Origin: Verrucomicrobiota bacterium
GTDB taxonomy: Bacteria; Verrucomicrobiota; Verrucomicrobiia; Chthoniobacterales; SZAS-18
Length of the DNA: 24,000 nucleotides
NCBI GenBank assembly: GCA_018240025.1
Contig: JAFEGM010000070.1
Coordinates: forward strand, 1-24,000
Direction of reading: 5' to 3'
Shown: in pieces, positions 23,405-24,000 of the stretch
How positions within the stretch are numbered: position 1 is the first letter of the stretch
Layout of the letters: each line of letters starts with the position of its first letter
Made by a program: the position numbers and the translations under genes
The notes under the pieces: model-generated
Told to the model about the DNA's origin: nothing
Seen by the model: only the letters and a program-made list of their open reading frames with translations
Database searches by the model: none

Positions 23405-23983
23405 TCAATGGACCGGACGCAATTCGATGCCAAAGCGCTGCGCCCAGGCCGCGAGTTGTCCACCCCGCTGGGCGTGGGTGGTGTCGTCGAGGGCGGGGGA
23501 CATCGAGGAGAAGGCTGGCGCCTGCTCCGGCAGCTGGATCCAGGACCGGCAGCCGCCGAAACGCCGCTCGTAGGGCACGATCCAGGCCGGTTCCACGCGC
23601 AGCGCGCGACCGAACGCCACCTGCAGGCCGGGGGCTTCGTCGTAGTCGAAGCGCTCGCGTACGACCTCCTCGCGGTAAAGGTGGAACGGTTCGAGCGCGC
23701 GGGCGGCCTCCCAGTCGGTCACCGCGGCCGACCATTCGAGGCGGAAGGCGGCGAAGAAGGCGACCTGCTCCTCGCCCGCTTCCGGGACGTCGCGTCCGGC
23801 GGGCACGCGGAGCTTGGCGAGCTGTTCGTGGAAGGCGGTCGGATAGAGAAAGAACTCCCGGTGCTTGAACTGGAAGCCGTCGCGGCCCTCAGCGAGCCCG
23901 CCCTTGCGCAGGATGATGCTCTGCTCGCCCTGCGCCATGGCTGCGCAGAGGACTGACCAATCCTTGAACCCGATGACCGCCAT
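23405..23983 (-). CDS. Conserved hypothetical protein, DUF1802-like
   Basis: 192-aa soluble ORF with coding-like composition. The N-terminal pattern WSVLCAAMAQGEQSIILRKGGLAEGRDGFQFKHREFFLYPTAFHEQ resembles DUF1802. ATG start at 23981-23983. The function is unknown. Confidence 0.5.
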   Translation of the reverse strand: MAVIGFKDWSVLCAAMAQGEQSIILRKGGLAEGRDGFQFKHREFFLYPTAFHEQLAKLRVPAGRDVPEAGEEQVAFFAAFRLEWSAAVTDWEAARALEPFHLYREEVVRERFDYDEAPGLQVAFGRALRVEPAWIVPYERRFGGCRSWIQLPEQAPAFSSMSPALDDTTHAQRGGQLAAWAQRFGIELRPVH

Positions 23984-24000
23984 GTCCGACGACTAGCGCG

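Noticed and set aside
16190-23983. Defence-system-like reading of the large VWA protein and its neighbouring genes.
   Set aside because: No ATPase, nuclease, protease-effector, reverse transcriptase or other defence-associated domain is recognisable. The signal peptide and the outer-membrane receptor neighbour point to an envelope function instead.

Overview
This is a GC-rich bacterial chromosomal segment, roughly two-thirds G+C by eye. Codon bias and the weak or absent Shine-Dalgarno signals would fit a Verrucomicrobiota-like lineage, but that is only a guess. All calls come from reading motifs in the supplied ORF translations and the raw sequence; no homology search was run.

I support 19 protein-coding genes. 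I find no rRNA, tRNA, CRISPR array, transposase or integrase. In window order the genes are:
- rhomboid protease (-)
- acyltransferase_3 membrane protein (-)
- M42 aminopeptidase (+)
- CspA-family cold-shock protein, shikimate kinase and a YjbR/MmcQ-like protein, tightly packed (+)
- M3 oligoendopeptidase PepF (-)
- a complete MCE envelope lipid-transport operon with pqiA split into two coupled ORFs, then pqiB and pqiC (+)
- a 1185-aa secreted S8 subtilase behind a ~550-bp AT-rich, palindrome-rich leader (+)
- VanZ-like protein (+)
- Zn-dependent alcohol dehydrogenase (-)
- a ~1065-aa VIT-VWA-TPR-DUF2135-like secreted protein (-)
- TonB-dependent receptor (-)
- DUF979/DUF969 transporter pair (-)
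- DUF1802-like protein (-)

I do not see a convincing novel multi-gene protein system such as a defence or secretion module. The genes are mostly housekeeping or envelope functions.

The signal that the gene annotation does not explain is at the DNA level. It is a family of 7-8 bp tandem-repeat arrays at gene boundaries: (GGGGTGAC)11 at 1-87, a perfect (TGAGAGG)12 at 4671-4754, (GAAGGNN)5 at 6520-6554, (GCGAAGCC)3-4 at 14423-14454 and GAAGGAT copies at 14943-14960. Four of the five are purine/G-rich on the + strand; GCGAAGCC has equal G and C.

The two long arrays lie just downstream of minus-strand genes that lack hairpin terminators. Their transcripts would therefore end in ~85 nt of C-rich, G-poor or G-free RNA. 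I propose these arrays are Rho-loading (rut-like) pads and/or G-quadruplex/i-motif elements. This is inference only.
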